DNA of 64,000 nucleotides from an uncultured Poribacteria bacterium (GCA_958296135.2 CATQHZ020000001.1:3392001-3456000), one strand, 5' to 3'. Numbered from the stretch's first letter, positions 39,739 to 49,652 are shown. The notes: generated by a model from the letters alone, not told the origin. Made by a program: numbers and translations.

Positions 39739-40518
39739 TTAATCGACTTGTGAAGAAGCCGTCAACGTCGCGCCCCCGTATGTTAAAACACAAAAAAGTG
39801 ATGTGATCAGCACAGAAAGCGTCAACGAAGACTCATCGCCGACTGCGCTTCCAGTATCAAAATAGAGGCATTGCCGGAACGCGGCGAGCCCATACGTTAA
39901 CGGATTCAGTTTCATCGCCCAGGCTAGCCACCCCGGCACCCCGGCACTTGGGAAGAATGCGCCCGACAGCAGCCAAATCGGAATCAACAGTAGGTTCATG
40001 AGTGCATGAAACCCCTGCGTTGAGTCCATTCGCCACGCAATCAGCAGTCCGAGGTTTGTCAAACCAAACGCCAAGAGTGCCATCAAGCCCACGGTGAAGA
40101 GCACGGATGCAACGCCGAGTCGGATACCTACGAAGGGTGCCAGAGTTAGCAGCAGCACCCCTTGCAAGAGTGCCAACGTTGTTCCGCCTAAAGCTTGTCC
40201 AAGGACGATGTGCCAACGTGGCACCGGTGAAACGAGCACGCCTTGCAAGAAGCCTTCGCGCCGGTCGTTCACAACAGATATTGTCGCGAAAATCGCAGTA
40301 AAAAGCAACACTAAAACGACGATGCCGGGATAAAAGTATTCAACGTAGCCCGTATCCGAAGTCCCAGCAGGTTGAAACGAAGCACTCAGCCCACTCCCGA
40401 TGAGGAGCCAAAACACCAACGGTTGCGCGATAGCACTGAAGAGCCGGCTCCGCTGACGATAAAATCGAACGATTTCACGCCACCATATTGTAGATACGGG
40501 CAGCAAAACCTTCAGCAC
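39739..40518 (-). CDS. ABC-2 type permease
   Basis: DRREGFLQGVLVSP, LSGAFFP, NPLTYG; six TM segments. Confidence 0.9.
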   Translation of the reverse strand: MLKVLLPVSTIWWREIVRFYRQRSRLFSAIAQPLVFWLLIGSGLSASFQPAGTSDTGYVEYFYPGIVVLVLLFTAIFATISVVNDRREGFLQGVLVSPVPRWHIVLGQALGGTTLALLQGVLLLTLAPFVGIRLGVASVLFTVGLMALLAFGLTNLGLLIAWRMDSTQGFHALMNLLLIPIWLLSGAFFPSAGVPGWLAWAMKLNPLTYGLAAFRQCLYFDTGSAVGDESSLTLSVLITSLFCVLTYGGATLTASSQVD

Positions 40519-40530
40519 AACGTTGTTCCT

Positions 40531-41547
40531 CTACTCAAACCGATTTCCTGTCAATTTGATGAACACATCCTCAAGCGTCGGTTTCCCAAACCGCACCGCC
40601 TGAATCTCATCAGGAAACGCGGTAACCACATCCTTGACAAACTCGTGTCCCCGTTCACATTCAACGCGCAAGTCACTATCGGAATTGCTCAGACAGATGT
40701 CTATATCTGTCCACCGCTCAGCAATCGCATCGCGAAGCGTCTCCACACAGGAACCGCCCCTTATAGGAGAGCCCTCCCGGTCCCGATGCATCCCCTTTGT
40801 GCATTCTATCAGCACGACATCGCCGCCGATTTGCGCCTTCAGTGCCTCAGGCGTGCCGAGGGCGACAAGCCGCCCCGCATCCAGAATGCCAACGCGGGTG
40901 CATGCTTCCGCCTCATCCAAGAGATGCGTTGTCAACAGAACGAGAATGTCTTCTGTCTCCGCGAGGGTTTGCAGGTAAGCGCGCAATTGCCGCCGCGCTC
41001 CCACATCCAACCCACTGCTCGGTTCGTCAAGGAGCAGGACGCGCGGGGAATGCACCATCGCTTTTGCAATCTCAACACGCCGTTGCAAGCCGCCCGACAA
41101 CACCTCCACGCTTTCATCTGTCCTGTCCGCCACGCCGAAGCGTTCAAGGAGTTCAACAATCCGGGCGCGTAAACGTTTGCCAGTAAGCCCGTAGAGATGT
41201 CCCTGATGCAGCAAATTCTCGCGCACTGTGAGCTTGGAATCTAACCCTGGGTGTTGGAAAACAACGCCTAAGAGTTCCCGAATTGCTCTTGCCTCGGTAG
41301 CAGACAGATATAGAAATCTGTCCCTACGCTCTGCCGTTAACTCATGGCCGAGGATGCTCACGCGACCGGCCGTTGGCCGCAGCAGCGTTGACAGAATTCT
41401 AAACAGGGTAGTCTTTCCACAGCCATTCGGGCCGAGGATGCCGAAAACCTCGCCGCTTGCCACGGTAAAACTCACCTTGTCTAGCGCGCGCCGTGTACCA
41501 TAATCGTGCGACAGATTTTCGACATCAATGTTGCCAGCCATAAACAA
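40531..41547 (-). CDS. ABC transporter ATP-binding protein
   Basis: GPNGCGKTT, LSGG, LLLDEP, TTH, PTLEDVF. Confidence 0.93.
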   Translation of the reverse strand: MFMAGNIDVENLSHDYGTRRALDKVSFTVASGEVFGILGPNGCGKTTLFRILSTLLRPTAGRVSILGHELTAERRDRFLYLSATEARAIRELLGVVFQHPGLDSKLTVRENLLHQGHLYGLTGKRLRARIVELLERFGVADRTDESVEVLSGGLQRRVEIAKAMVHSPRVLLLDEPSSGLDVGARRQLRAYLQTLAETEDILVLLTTHLLDEAEACTRVGILDAGRLVALGTPEALKAQIGGDVVLIECTKGMHRDREGSPIRGGSCVETLRDAIAERWTDIDICLSNSDSDLRVECERGHEFVKDVVTAFPDEIQAVRFGKPTLEDVFIKLTGNRFE

Positions 41548-41608
41548 CTCAAAACGGCCCCGGTAGGCGCGGTTTCCAACCGCGCGTGCTCGCGCGCCTA
41601 CCGGGAAC

Positions 41609-42397
41609 TTACATCTTTTTCATCGACAACGTGAAATCCTGCGTGACGGTGCCGCCTGCCTCTACTGTAACAGTAGCCGGCGATTCGCTGTTCGTGCCAC
41701 ACGCTTCATGCCAATACCCAAGCTGATACGTGCCGGGAGGGACATCTTCCAGCGTGAATTTGCCCATCTCATCTGTCACGGCGAAATAGGGATGCGGCAC
41801 ATAGGCGAGCCATGCGGACATCCAACCGTGGATATCGCATTTCACCTGAACCGGCCCTTCCGCTTTCTTGACTCCGGCGAGCCGCAGCTTCTTCCGGTTC
41901 TTCGTCTGCTGTTTGTTCACCGGCTTGTTGACGCTGCTGAAGATATGCACGTTGTGATTGACCTTGTCGTTGTTCAGCATCGTCAGACGCACGCCGACAG
42001 GGACAATCTGGACGTGAGGGGTGAATTTACAGCCCTTCTGGTCGATCTCGGGTTTCACCGCTTTATCAAGCACTTTGCCTTGGGAAATGTCTACCAAGTA
42101 GACAATCGTATTTTTTAAAGCGTTGCCTTCACCAACGACAAGCGACTCATCGTGCTTCTCGGTCGCGGCGCAAACCGTCTCGTCTTTGGTGATTTCAAGG
42201 ATTTTCATTTCCGGCACGTCACCCTCAAACGTCACGGTGCCGCTAATCGTTCCGCCGTTGCTCACCGCCATCCCTTTATAGGATTCGGGGAACTGGAGCA
42301 TCTGCATCTCACCCGCCTCGTGATGGTCGGCGAAGATTGGAAGGACATAGCAACACGCCAGAAGCAGCGCGACGCATGCCAACATGTAGGTTTTCAT
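41609..42397 (-). CDS. Secreted cupredoxin-like / carboxypeptidase-regulatory-like protein
   Basis: Signal peptide; DQKGCKF.PHV, HNVH, CDIHGWM (C-x2-H-x2-M), WHE. Confidence 0.75.
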   Translation of the reverse strand: MKTYMLACVALLLACCYVLPIFADHHEAGEMQMLQFPESYKGMAVSNGGTISGTVTFEGDVPEMKILEITKDETVCAATEKHDESLVVGEGNALKNTIVYLVDISQGKVLDKAVKPEIDQKGCKFTPHVQIVPVGVRLTMLNNDKVNHNVHIFSSVNKPVNKQQTKNRKKLRLAGVKKAEGPVQVKCDIHGWMSAWLAYVPHPYFAVTDEMGKFTLEDVPPGTYQLGYWHEACGTNSESPATVTVEAGGTVTQDFTLSMKKM

Positions 42398-42491
42398 TTT
42401 TTGTAGCCTCTCTTTAAAGTTATTGATAGGCGCGCGTTAGCAGCGCACCTTTCAGAATCGTTTGGGTAGATTCACATCCACCCGTTTTTAT

Positions 42492-44252
42492 TTATGAATT
42501 TCTCCGCCGCACGAACATTCGCAAACCGAACAACGCACCAACGGAGAGAAGTGCCACCAAAGGTGGATAGATAAACCGTCTGGAAGACGGGACAGGTTCT
42601 AGAACGAACGTATACCAACTAGAGATGACCCGGTTTGTGTCTACATCGCCATTCGCGCCATCCCACGCCGAGAAGGCGATAGGCACAAAAACACCCGGTT
42701 CAATCTGCAGGTCCTTCTTGTCGTCCGTTTTCAACGCACGTTTCACCCACAGATTGTATTGCCCATCCGTGTATGTCCCTTTCGCTTGGATGTTGCTTTG
42801 CACTGCCTGCACCTCAGCCTTATTAATGCCTTTGGCAGTCAGTTCCGTTACCTGCTCAGGCGCGGAAGCCTTCCAATGCCAGAGATAGACTGGAAGCCTT
42901 CCGCCCCAGAGGAAATACGGTTTCGGCGCAGTCGGGCCTTGAGGCACCTTGACTGGAAATTGGATGGCCAATGCATCCTCAAGGACTTTTTTGCCTGTTT
43001 CTTCGTCCTCTAACGCCGTGGTGTGCGTCCTGTCATCCCACGTGAAGAGGAACGCCACCTCGTTATCGTTATAAAACGATTTGACGTTAATCGAGTCAAG
43101 CGTCGGGTTGAACTGCCGCGGTTCAACGATAATCTGTCCGACGACCGGAAAGTAACTCGCTTTCAGCGTTTCCCATGCCGCATCGCCTAGCGCGGGCAAT
43201 TCGCCGCCGACATACTGCGCCCTCAGCACATTATTGCCAATCGCCGGTTCCGGACGCTTTTCAGGTGAGAGGGACTTGACGTAGTTCGCCAGATGCCAAC
43301 TCTTCTCATACACCACCCTCATCGCATTATCGAAGGTTTGCCGGTCTTCAGTGTTCAGGGTTTCGCCTTCAGTAATACTGAGTGCAATGTCAACGGCGGC
43401 ATCCATTTTTTCGTAAAATTTCCCGGATTCCTCTTCCTCCGCCTCTGTCATTTCGTCTTTGCTTTCCAATTCGGTAAGACGTTTGGATTCCTCGGATGCC
43501 AACCCGAAATGCAGGAAACTGTCGCCTTCAAACGCAGGCATCGGTGAACCTGCAATGCCACCGATAAACCGCTTGAAGATGTCTTCAGTATCGCCGCCGC
43601 CCCTGAAATTCCAACCTTGCGCGAGATTCGCGGGCCAGGTCCGGAAACCCCACTCGTCGGTGAGGGTTGGCGCGGAGGTGCCGTCGCCGCGGCCGACATT
43701 GCCGTGACATTCAACGCAGCCGAGTTCCGTATAGAGAGCCTTGCCCGTCTCAACGCTCTGTTCAGAATATGCAATTTTACCGGAGAGGTCGATTTGCCGC
43801 GGGGCCTCGTTCTCTTTGAATCCCTCGTGAAAGGTTTTGATGTAGGCCACAACCTCCCACCGTTCGTTAGCACTCAGGGCAGTCTCCCAGCCCGGCATTG
43901 AGGAGCCGGGCATCCCCTCCGTGAGAATGTCAAATAAATCCTGGTCTGTCGGGAGTTGTCCCGCTTCCGTTGAGCGGATTTTATACAAACCGCGCGTGAA
44001 ATCACGCGGTCTCGGGAGCAGATTTTCCGCAGCCGAGCCATCACCGCGGCCCTCAATGCCGTGGCAGTGCGCACAGCTCTTCTCGTAAACCCGCTTGCCT
44101 TCTTCGGAAGCCTCCGGTGCTTTCTGCGCGCGCGCTACCGAAAGCATCGATGCCAGCAACGCGCAACATCCGAGAAGCATCGCCCAGGCGGCGCGCCCGC
44201 CCGGGCGCGACTGCCCAGTCAGGAAAGTGATTTTTTTGTATCGGCGTGTCAT
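42492..44252 (-). CDS. Diheme cytochrome c fused to an ethylbenzene-dehydrogenase-gamma (DOMON-like) domain, C-terminal TM
   Basis: CAHCH, CVECH; FTWDD, DALAIQFP, W.WKA, FSAWDG. Confidence 0.85.
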   Translation of the reverse strand: MTRRYKKITFLTGQSRPGGRAAWAMLLGCCALLASMLSVARAQKAPEASEEGKRVYEKSCAHCHGIEGRGDGSAAENLLPRPRDFTRGLYKIRSTEAGQLPTDQDLFDILTEGMPGSSMPGWETALSANERWEVVAYIKTFHEGFKENEAPRQIDLSGKIAYSEQSVETGKALYTELGCVECHGNVGRGDGTSAPTLTDEWGFRTWPANLAQGWNFRGGGDTEDIFKRFIGGIAGSPMPAFEGDSFLHFGLASEESKRLTELESKDEMTEAEEEESGKFYEKMDAAVDIALSITEGETLNTEDRQTFDNAMRVVYEKSWHLANYVKSLSPEKRPEPAIGNNVLRAQYVGGELPALGDAAWETLKASYFPVVGQIIVEPRQFNPTLDSINVKSFYNDNEVAFLFTWDDRTHTTALEDEETGKKVLEDALAIQFPVKVPQGPTAPKPYFLWGGRLPVYLWHWKASAPEQVTELTAKGINKAEVQAVQSNIQAKGTYTDGQYNLWVKRALKTDDKKDLQIEPGVFVPIAFSAWDGANGDVDTNRVISSWYTFVLEPVPSSRRFIYPPLVALLSVGALFGLRMFVRRRNS

Positions 44253-44254
44253 TC

Positions 44255-45031
44255 TTAGTGCCCCTCCCCAAACGTTCGCGGCTGATAGCCGGTATAGTCA
44301 GAAAGGAACAGGATTACGTCCCAAATCTCGTCTTTTGTGAGCATGTTTTCCCAAATCGGCATTGCCGAATCCCACGGCGTGCCAGCCGCCGGTAACCCCG
44401 GGCCGCCCTTGCTAATCCGCCAAAAGAGGAAAGACTCTTGGAAGTTGGGGATGATGCCCGGGTCTTGGAAATTCGCCGGGAGCGGTTGCAGGGGCGATGC
44501 GAAATGCCCCTGTCCATCCAGATCATCGCCGTGGCAGTAGAAGCAGTTCTGATAGTAAACACGTCTGCCGTTCTCTACATGCGCCTTGAACGCCTCGGGC
44601 TCGTCTTTTTCGTAGTGCCGGAAGGGGTTCTCCACCTCCTGCATCTTCCCGATAACCTCATCTTTGTAGGTGAGCTCAAGCGGCGGCGATGGGTGCGCGT
44701 CGCGCGGATTTCCCGGCGGATTCGCCCGTTGCGCGAAAATCGAATAGGTATACGCCAGCAAAACCAGCGGCACCAACACGGCGACAACACGGCGGCGGAC
44801 GCGCCGGTTATCGTCAACGAGCGTTTCGCGAAGAGGACGGAGGAACTCCCGAAATCGTGAATCCTCAACGGAGATATGCACCAAGATGGCGATAAGAATC
44901 AGCCCCATATACATCGCAACCACGCTACCCGGTATCGGCACCGAGATGACGCTACCGACGATGAACCGCAGGAACACCCAGCAGCCAACGAAGATGATGA
45001 GACATGTTGTGAATAGTGAAAGCCTCTTCAT
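44255..45031 (-). CDS. Membrane-anchored monoheme cytochrome c
   Basis: Three N-terminal TMs; CFYCH; FWRISKGG...SAMP. Confidence 0.88.
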   Translation of the reverse strand: MKRLSLFTTCLIIFVGCWVFLRFIVGSVISVPIPGSVVAMYMGLILIAILVHISVEDSRFREFLRPLRETLVDDNRRVRRRVVAVLVPLVLLAYTYSIFAQRANPPGNPRDAHPSPPLELTYKDEVIGKMQEVENPFRHYEKDEPEAFKAHVENGRRVYYQNCFYCHGDDLDGQGHFASPLQPLPANFQDPGIIPNFQESFLFWRISKGGPGLPAAGTPWDSAMPIWENMLTKDEIWDVILFLSDYTGYQPRTFGEGH

Positions 45032-45042
45032 GGTTTACCTCC

Positions 45043-46554
45043 TTATTCCGCAGAAGTTTCTGTTGCATCCGCGGGGGTTGCTTCCGCCGTCGCTGCTGCC
45101 CCAGTCAACGTGCTTAAGAACGCCAGCAAATTGCTCAGATCCGATACTGATAACAGCAACGGGAAATTTTCAGGCATCGGCGACGTAACAAGCAACTTCT
45201 TGCCAAACGCGCGCGTGAAGACAGAATCCTCAATGTCAAACGTATCGATTACCTCCTCACTACCATCCACGTTCAAAACGAGCTCGTCATCGTCTAGCGT
45301 CCCCGATACTACAGAACCGACAATCTCATCGCCGTCAAAATTAACAATCGTCAGCAGGGTTTTTACATCGGTTTTAGAAAGCGTTTGAGTCCCATCGCCC
45401 ACCTTGAGCGTGACGCTATCCTCGGTCTCCTCAACAATTTCGCCGCTCACCGATGCATCCGCATCCGCAGGCGTTAGCGTTAAAGTAAAATAGCCGTTCG
45501 CTTTCAGATTGGCGAGCTCTTCAATCGGTTCCTCATCCAATTCTGTCAATAGAATGGTGTGCTCTTCCTCTTCCCCGCTGGCCTTTTTGGTGCGGACGAC
45601 AATCTGCTCTGTATCCTGCGAGACAAGCGTTCCCTGAAAAGTCGCACCGTTCGCTTTGACGGTCACCGCGCCGTAGCCGCTTACAATTTGCGCACCCGGC
45701 TTCAGGATCGACTCCTCAAGATACCGCATATCGTTAAAGGCAGCAATTTCGGATAAATCCGGCGCTGTGACGACTTCAAAGTCTTGACTCCCCTCGCCGG
45801 CAGCAGGACTTTCAATCCCTTTGACCGCGTGACACGAGATACACGCCGCTGACACGAAAACCTTCTTCCCAAGCGCAGGATCGCCGGTAAGCAGCGGCGG
45901 TAGTGCAGCCGCTACTGTCCCCGGATCTGCCCTATCAATCGGCTCATCATACGGTGTGGGATCGATTTCACCACCTTGGCTCTGCAAATAGGCGATAACC
46001 GCCTCAATTTCTAATTTCGACAGAGCAATCGGTGCCTTCCATATCTCCGGCATAATCTTGCCGTAGCCAGGCACCAGATAGTTCGCCGGTTCATACAAGG
46101 ATTCAATCAGATACGTTTTCGCATCCAGACCGGGCTGGCGGTTCGCCGCGTTCGCGCCGATATCTGTCAAATCGGGACATCGACCCTTCGGTGCCGAGGG
46201 GTCGACGGTGTGACACGCGCTACACTGGCCCTTTCCATTAAAAATGGCTGCGCCCTGCTCAGCTACACTCTCCGGATCGCTCCAGTCAAGCGATGTCAAA
46301 TTAATCGCCGTCGACGATTCCGGCACGAGCCCCGCGACAAACGCGTAGAACCAGATCACGGCGAGTGAGAACGTCAGCAGTTTCATGACACTGCTCCACA
46401 CGATGATGTTCACCACTACCGAGATGATGAACCAGACCGACCAGGGGAGCAGGTTCTCTGAGGCGATCGGAAATGCGGATACCCCAGCGATATAGGCGAT
46501 GAAACTCACCACCATTAAGATTAAACTCGCAACTTTTACCACCGTCTTGGACAT
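45043..46554 (-). CDS. Membrane-anchored diheme cytochrome c with an acidic insertion
   Basis: N-terminal TMs; CSACH...MP and CISCH...SPMP. Confidence 0.85.
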   Translation of the reverse strand: MSKTVVKVASLILMVVSFIAYIAGVSAFPIASENLLPWSVWFIISVVVNIIVWSSVMKLLTFSLAVIWFYAFVAGLVPESSTAINLTSLDWSDPESVAEQGAAIFNGKGQCSACHTVDPSAPKGRCPDLTDIGANAANRQPGLDAKTYLIESLYEPANYLVPGYGKIMPEIWKAPIALSKLEIEAVIAYLQSQGGEIDPTPYDEPIDRADPGTVAAALPPLLTGDPALGKKVFVSAACISCHAVKGIESPAAGEGSQDFEVVTAPDLSEIAAFNDMRYLEESILKPGAQIVSGYGAVTVKANGATFQGTLVSQDTEQIVVRTKKASGEEEEHTILLTELDEEPIEELANLKANGYFTLTLTPADADASVSGEIVEETEDSVTLKVGDGTQTLSKTDVKTLLTIVNFDGDEIVGSVVSGTLDDDELVLNVDGSEEVIDTFDIEDSVFTRAFGKKLLVTSPMPENFPLLLSVSDLSNLLAFLSTLTGAAATAEATPADATETSAE

Positions 46555-48479
46555 TAATCAGCTTCCTCCATTTCTGTGGGCACCGCCTGCTGCTTCTTCT
46601 TTTCGCCCCATAAGCCGAGCCAGAAAATGAACCCGACGAGCGCGAAGAAGATTACCATGATGATAGCAACAATGTTCACTGCCTCACTGAGAAGCGGCGT
46701 GAATGCGTCCGGCGATGTATCCTGCATGACACCGAAGATGTGCCACGCCTCGCGAAGTCCGGAGCGCGCATAGCCCATCAAACCCATCAGCGACGTAAAG
46801 GTGATTGCCAAGAGAATGAGGACATACTGCGACCGGTCGGTCATTTCACCCCACTTGATAGTGCCAGACATCGTCGCCTTCCGATACATGAAAATGTCGA
46901 TTATCGTCACGGCTACCATCACGACGAGCGCAATCAGCACCTGATAAGGTGTTAGCACGTTCACGCGCAAGTCTGTCGGCACGGTAAACCCAACGATACC
47001 GATAACGACGATAGAGACAGCCGAGAAGAAGAAAATGGAAGATATCGCGATGTTACCCACCTTTTTCCAACTCGCTGTCGGTGACTTACCCGAACGCCTA
47101 TAAAAGAGGAAACTCAAGAATGTCGTCAGGATGATGATGTTCACCGCCGTATTTTTCGCTGTCATCAAGCCAAACAGCCCAAGGTGGGGGTGATTTGCGC
47201 CGCCCATCGCGCTCAACTCACTGGAGGTAGAAATTTTGGATAGCGTGCGCGGTGTCATCCAGATGGCCACACAGATAACGATAATGGCAATCATGTAAGG
47301 CCGATAACGTGCGTATATCTGCGCGCCATCGATGCGGCCCATCCCAGACCAGAGGTAGTAATTCGCGCCGATGAACAGCACACCAATCATCACCGCCTGA
47401 ATGATAAACAGCCATGAGAAGAGACTGCCCATCATGTTGATGCCCATCGTGTTGTTGAACATGTAAATTTCGCGGCCTAGCCAATAACCCGCGAAGGGCA
47501 GCGGAATGAGTCCGCACAGCGCGATGAAGTTCCCAGTGTAACCCATCCAATCGTAGTGTGCCCTGTCCTCCTTGGTTTTCGCGACGAGGAAGCGGAACGC
47601 AGCGTAAGCCGCCACAATGGAACCGCCGAAGGCGATATTGCCGATGAGACGGTGAATGTTGACCGGCATCCACGTGAAGTTATTGACGGCTTCCCAGACG
47701 GTGGCCAAAAATTCGCCGGTAGTCTCATTATGGAGCGGAATCACGGTTGCATCCGTTATTCCCTCCATTGCCTCGGTTTGCGTCATGCCTGGGTTCTGTG
47801 CCAGTTTGCTTTCCAGCCACGATTGCCGCGTCGTGTCAGACAATTTGCCGTATTGTGTACCCGGGCTCGTCTGATAGGTGAGCCACGAGTTTGAGACGAA
47901 CATAATCGCCGTGCCGAACACGTTCAGCAGGACACCGAGGAACAGATGCCAGCCTTTATGCCGCCCCTGCATTTTGTCCCATCCGTAGGAGTAGAGGTAA
48001 AGTGTAAACGTCTCGCCGAAAAATAGGACGACGTAAAAAATCATCGTCGGCCCGAATATGCCGCTCAGTTTGCTCATCACCTTCGGATAGCACCATATCA
48101 AGATGAAGACAAGCACGCCGCCGAGCAGTGCTGTCGTTGAAAACGCGCCCATACAGAGTTTGATGAACTCTTGCGCCATCCGGTCATAGCGTGCGTCCTT
48201 TGTCTTCCATCCGATGAACTCAATGATAACGGCGAACATCGGAACGCCGAGGATGAAGGAGCCGAACAATAGGTGGAGCTGTGCGGCAATCCACGCGGCG
48301 TTCCGACTGCCAATCTTCGGGAAGGGACGATATTCCGCCTCGCTCATATCCTGCGCAACTGCTGGCGCGAGCGTCTGAAGCAGGATTAACAGGATTAACG
48401 GGACTAGCAGGAGCAGCGGCTTTTTAAAACGGCACGCTACTCCGCGGATATCCAACCGTGTTTGCTGATGCTGTCTCAA
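46554..48479 (-). CDS. Cytochrome bd-like oxidase subunit I (CydA-like), no CydB partner in the window
   Basis: TTG start after AAGGAG; AQLHLL, FFGETF.LY.Y.YGWD, NSWL..P, NIHRL, MGLMGYARS.LR..WH. Confidence 0.8.
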   Translation of the reverse strand: MRQHQQTRLDIRGVACRFKKPLLLLVPLILLILLQTLAPAVAQDMSEAEYRPFPKIGSRNAAWIAAQLHLLFGSFILGVPMFAVIIEFIGWKTKDARYDRMAQEFIKLCMGAFSTTALLGGVLVFILIWCYPKVMSKLSGIFGPTMIFYVVLFFGETFTLYLYSYGWDKMQGRHKGWHLFLGVLLNVFGTAIMFVSNSWLTYQTSPGTQYGKLSDTTRQSWLESKLAQNPGMTQTEAMEGITDATVIPLHNETTGEFLATVWEAVNNFTWMPVNIHRLIGNIAFGGSIVAAYAAFRFLVAKTKEDRAHYDWMGYTGNFIALCGLIPLPFAGYWLGREIYMFNNTMGINMMGSLFSWLFIIQAVMIGVLFIGANYYLWSGMGRIDGAQIYARYRPYMIAIIVICVAIWMTPRTLSKISTSSELSAMGGANHPHLGLFGLMTAKNTAVNIIILTTFLSFLFYRRSGKSPTASWKKVGNIAISSIFFFSAVSIVVIGIVGFTVPTDLRVNVLTPYQVLIALVVMVAVTIIDIFMYRKATMSGTIKWGEMTDRSQYVLILLAITFTSLMGLMGYARSGLREAWHIFGVMQDTSPDAFTPLLSEAVNIVAIIMVIFFALVGFIFWLGLWGEKKKQQAVPTEMEEAD

Positions 48480-48644
48480 CGTGTTCTCCTTCAACCAAAT
48501 GAACCTTCGTCTTAACCGTAGGGCGAGGGCCCAGCGAGTGCGAATCGCCGAGGGTTCCCCTCGCCAGGCGAAAAAACGCCTACGGCCGATGGACGAGGGA
48601 ATGCGTGTCCCTCGCCATGCCACGTCGTATCGTAGACGACAACA

Positions 48645-49397
48645 CTATTTTTTCGCGCGCTTTTTAAAATCAGCACTCGTAAAGTTTACATTCATATCGC
48701 CGCTCGCTGGCACCTCAACGGTTTTGTTCGCCGAACCGAGCTCTTCGTGCCACGCAATCACCCGCACTTTACCGGCCGGCACATCGGCGATGGTGTAGCT
48801 GCCTTTATCCGACGATGCCTCATACGCGTCGGCACTCAGCCATGCACCTTTGTCGTCCTTATCACCGGTTACAGCAAAAAAGTTGCTGTCAACCGCGACG
48901 ATGTAGCCAGTCATCCACGCGTGGATATCACACGTGAATTTGATCTGTTCCGCCTTCCCAATTTTGTGGGGGATGACTTTTCCGGGCTGCGGAATCTGAT
49001 AGTTTATTGCGTCGTTCTTTTTCGCATGGGAATGGACGTTGTGTGCAACCGGGTCGCTGGAGGTAATATCCACGGTAGAACCGGCAACAATTGCAAGCAC
49101 ATGCGGGTAATAACGGCAGCCCTTCTGGTCCATCACAGGGTTTTTCTCTGGAACGGTGGCTTTGGCTCCGCGCACGCGCGCGTAAATCACAACGTTCTTG
49201 ATACCCTTGCCTTTTGAGACAACGAGTGCCTCCGATTTCGTGCCTTTGACAGCGTCAATGCAGTGCCGGTCTTTCGTGGCCTCCAGCATCGGCCGCGCCG
49301 GCGCATCGCCATCATACATAACGGTACCGGTGATGTTGCCAGCAAACGCGGTGCTGGCAATTATGCAAAAGGCAAGCAGTGCCATTAGGATTTTCAT
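48645..49397 (-). CDS. Second secreted cupredoxin-like / carboxypeptidase-regulatory-like protein
   Basis: Paralog of 41609-42397: DQKGCRY.PHV, HNVH, CDIHAWM, WHEELG; AGGAG RBS. Confidence 0.78.
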   Translation of the reverse strand: MKILMALLAFCIIASTAFAGNITGTVMYDGDAPARPMLEATKDRHCIDAVKGTKSEALVVSKGKGIKNVVIYARVRGAKATVPEKNPVMDQKGCRYYPHVLAIVAGSTVDITSSDPVAHNVHSHAKKNDAINYQIPQPGKVIPHKIGKAEQIKFTCDIHAWMTGYIVAVDSNFFAVTGDKDDKGAWLSADAYEASSDKGSYTIADVPAGKVRVIAWHEELGSANKTVEVPASGDMNVNFTSADFKKRAKK

Positions 49398-49416
49398 GAT
49401 TTTTTCTCCTCTCGTC

Positions 49417-49460
49417 ATTGAATTATGATTGAGTTATGATTAAGTTATGATTGAGTTATG
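49417..49460. repeat. 4 x 11-bp tandem repeat ATT(G/A)A(G/A)TTATG
   Basis: attgaattatg attgagttatg attaagttatg attgagttatg. Confidence 0.85.
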
Positions 49461-49623
49461 TGTGTCAATTGTAGGACTCACGCAAATCCGCCATTTCGGG
49501 TAGGCGCGCTTTGGCAGCGCGCAGTCACCCTAAAGAGCGCGGTTGAAAACCGAGCCTACCGGGGGCGTTCTGCGTAAGTCCTGAATCGTTAAGCGGGTGT
49601 CGTTAATCCACCTGCACATCAAT

Positions 49624-49652
49624 ATATTAACACGCCAGCGGCGAAAAATCAA
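49624..49652 (-). promoter_or_regulatory. Internal sigma70-like promoter for the oxidase half of the cluster
   Basis: Minus strand TTGATT-N17-TAATAT with extended TG. Confidence 0.5.

Noticed and set aside
42492-44252. Evidence for nitrite oxidation (nxrC)
   Set aside because: No molybdoenzyme alpha or beta subunits are in the window; the domain alone does not establish the pathway.
48480-48623. N-terminal extension of the CydA-like ORF
   Set aside because: It translates a REP composite; the RBS supports TTG at 48479.
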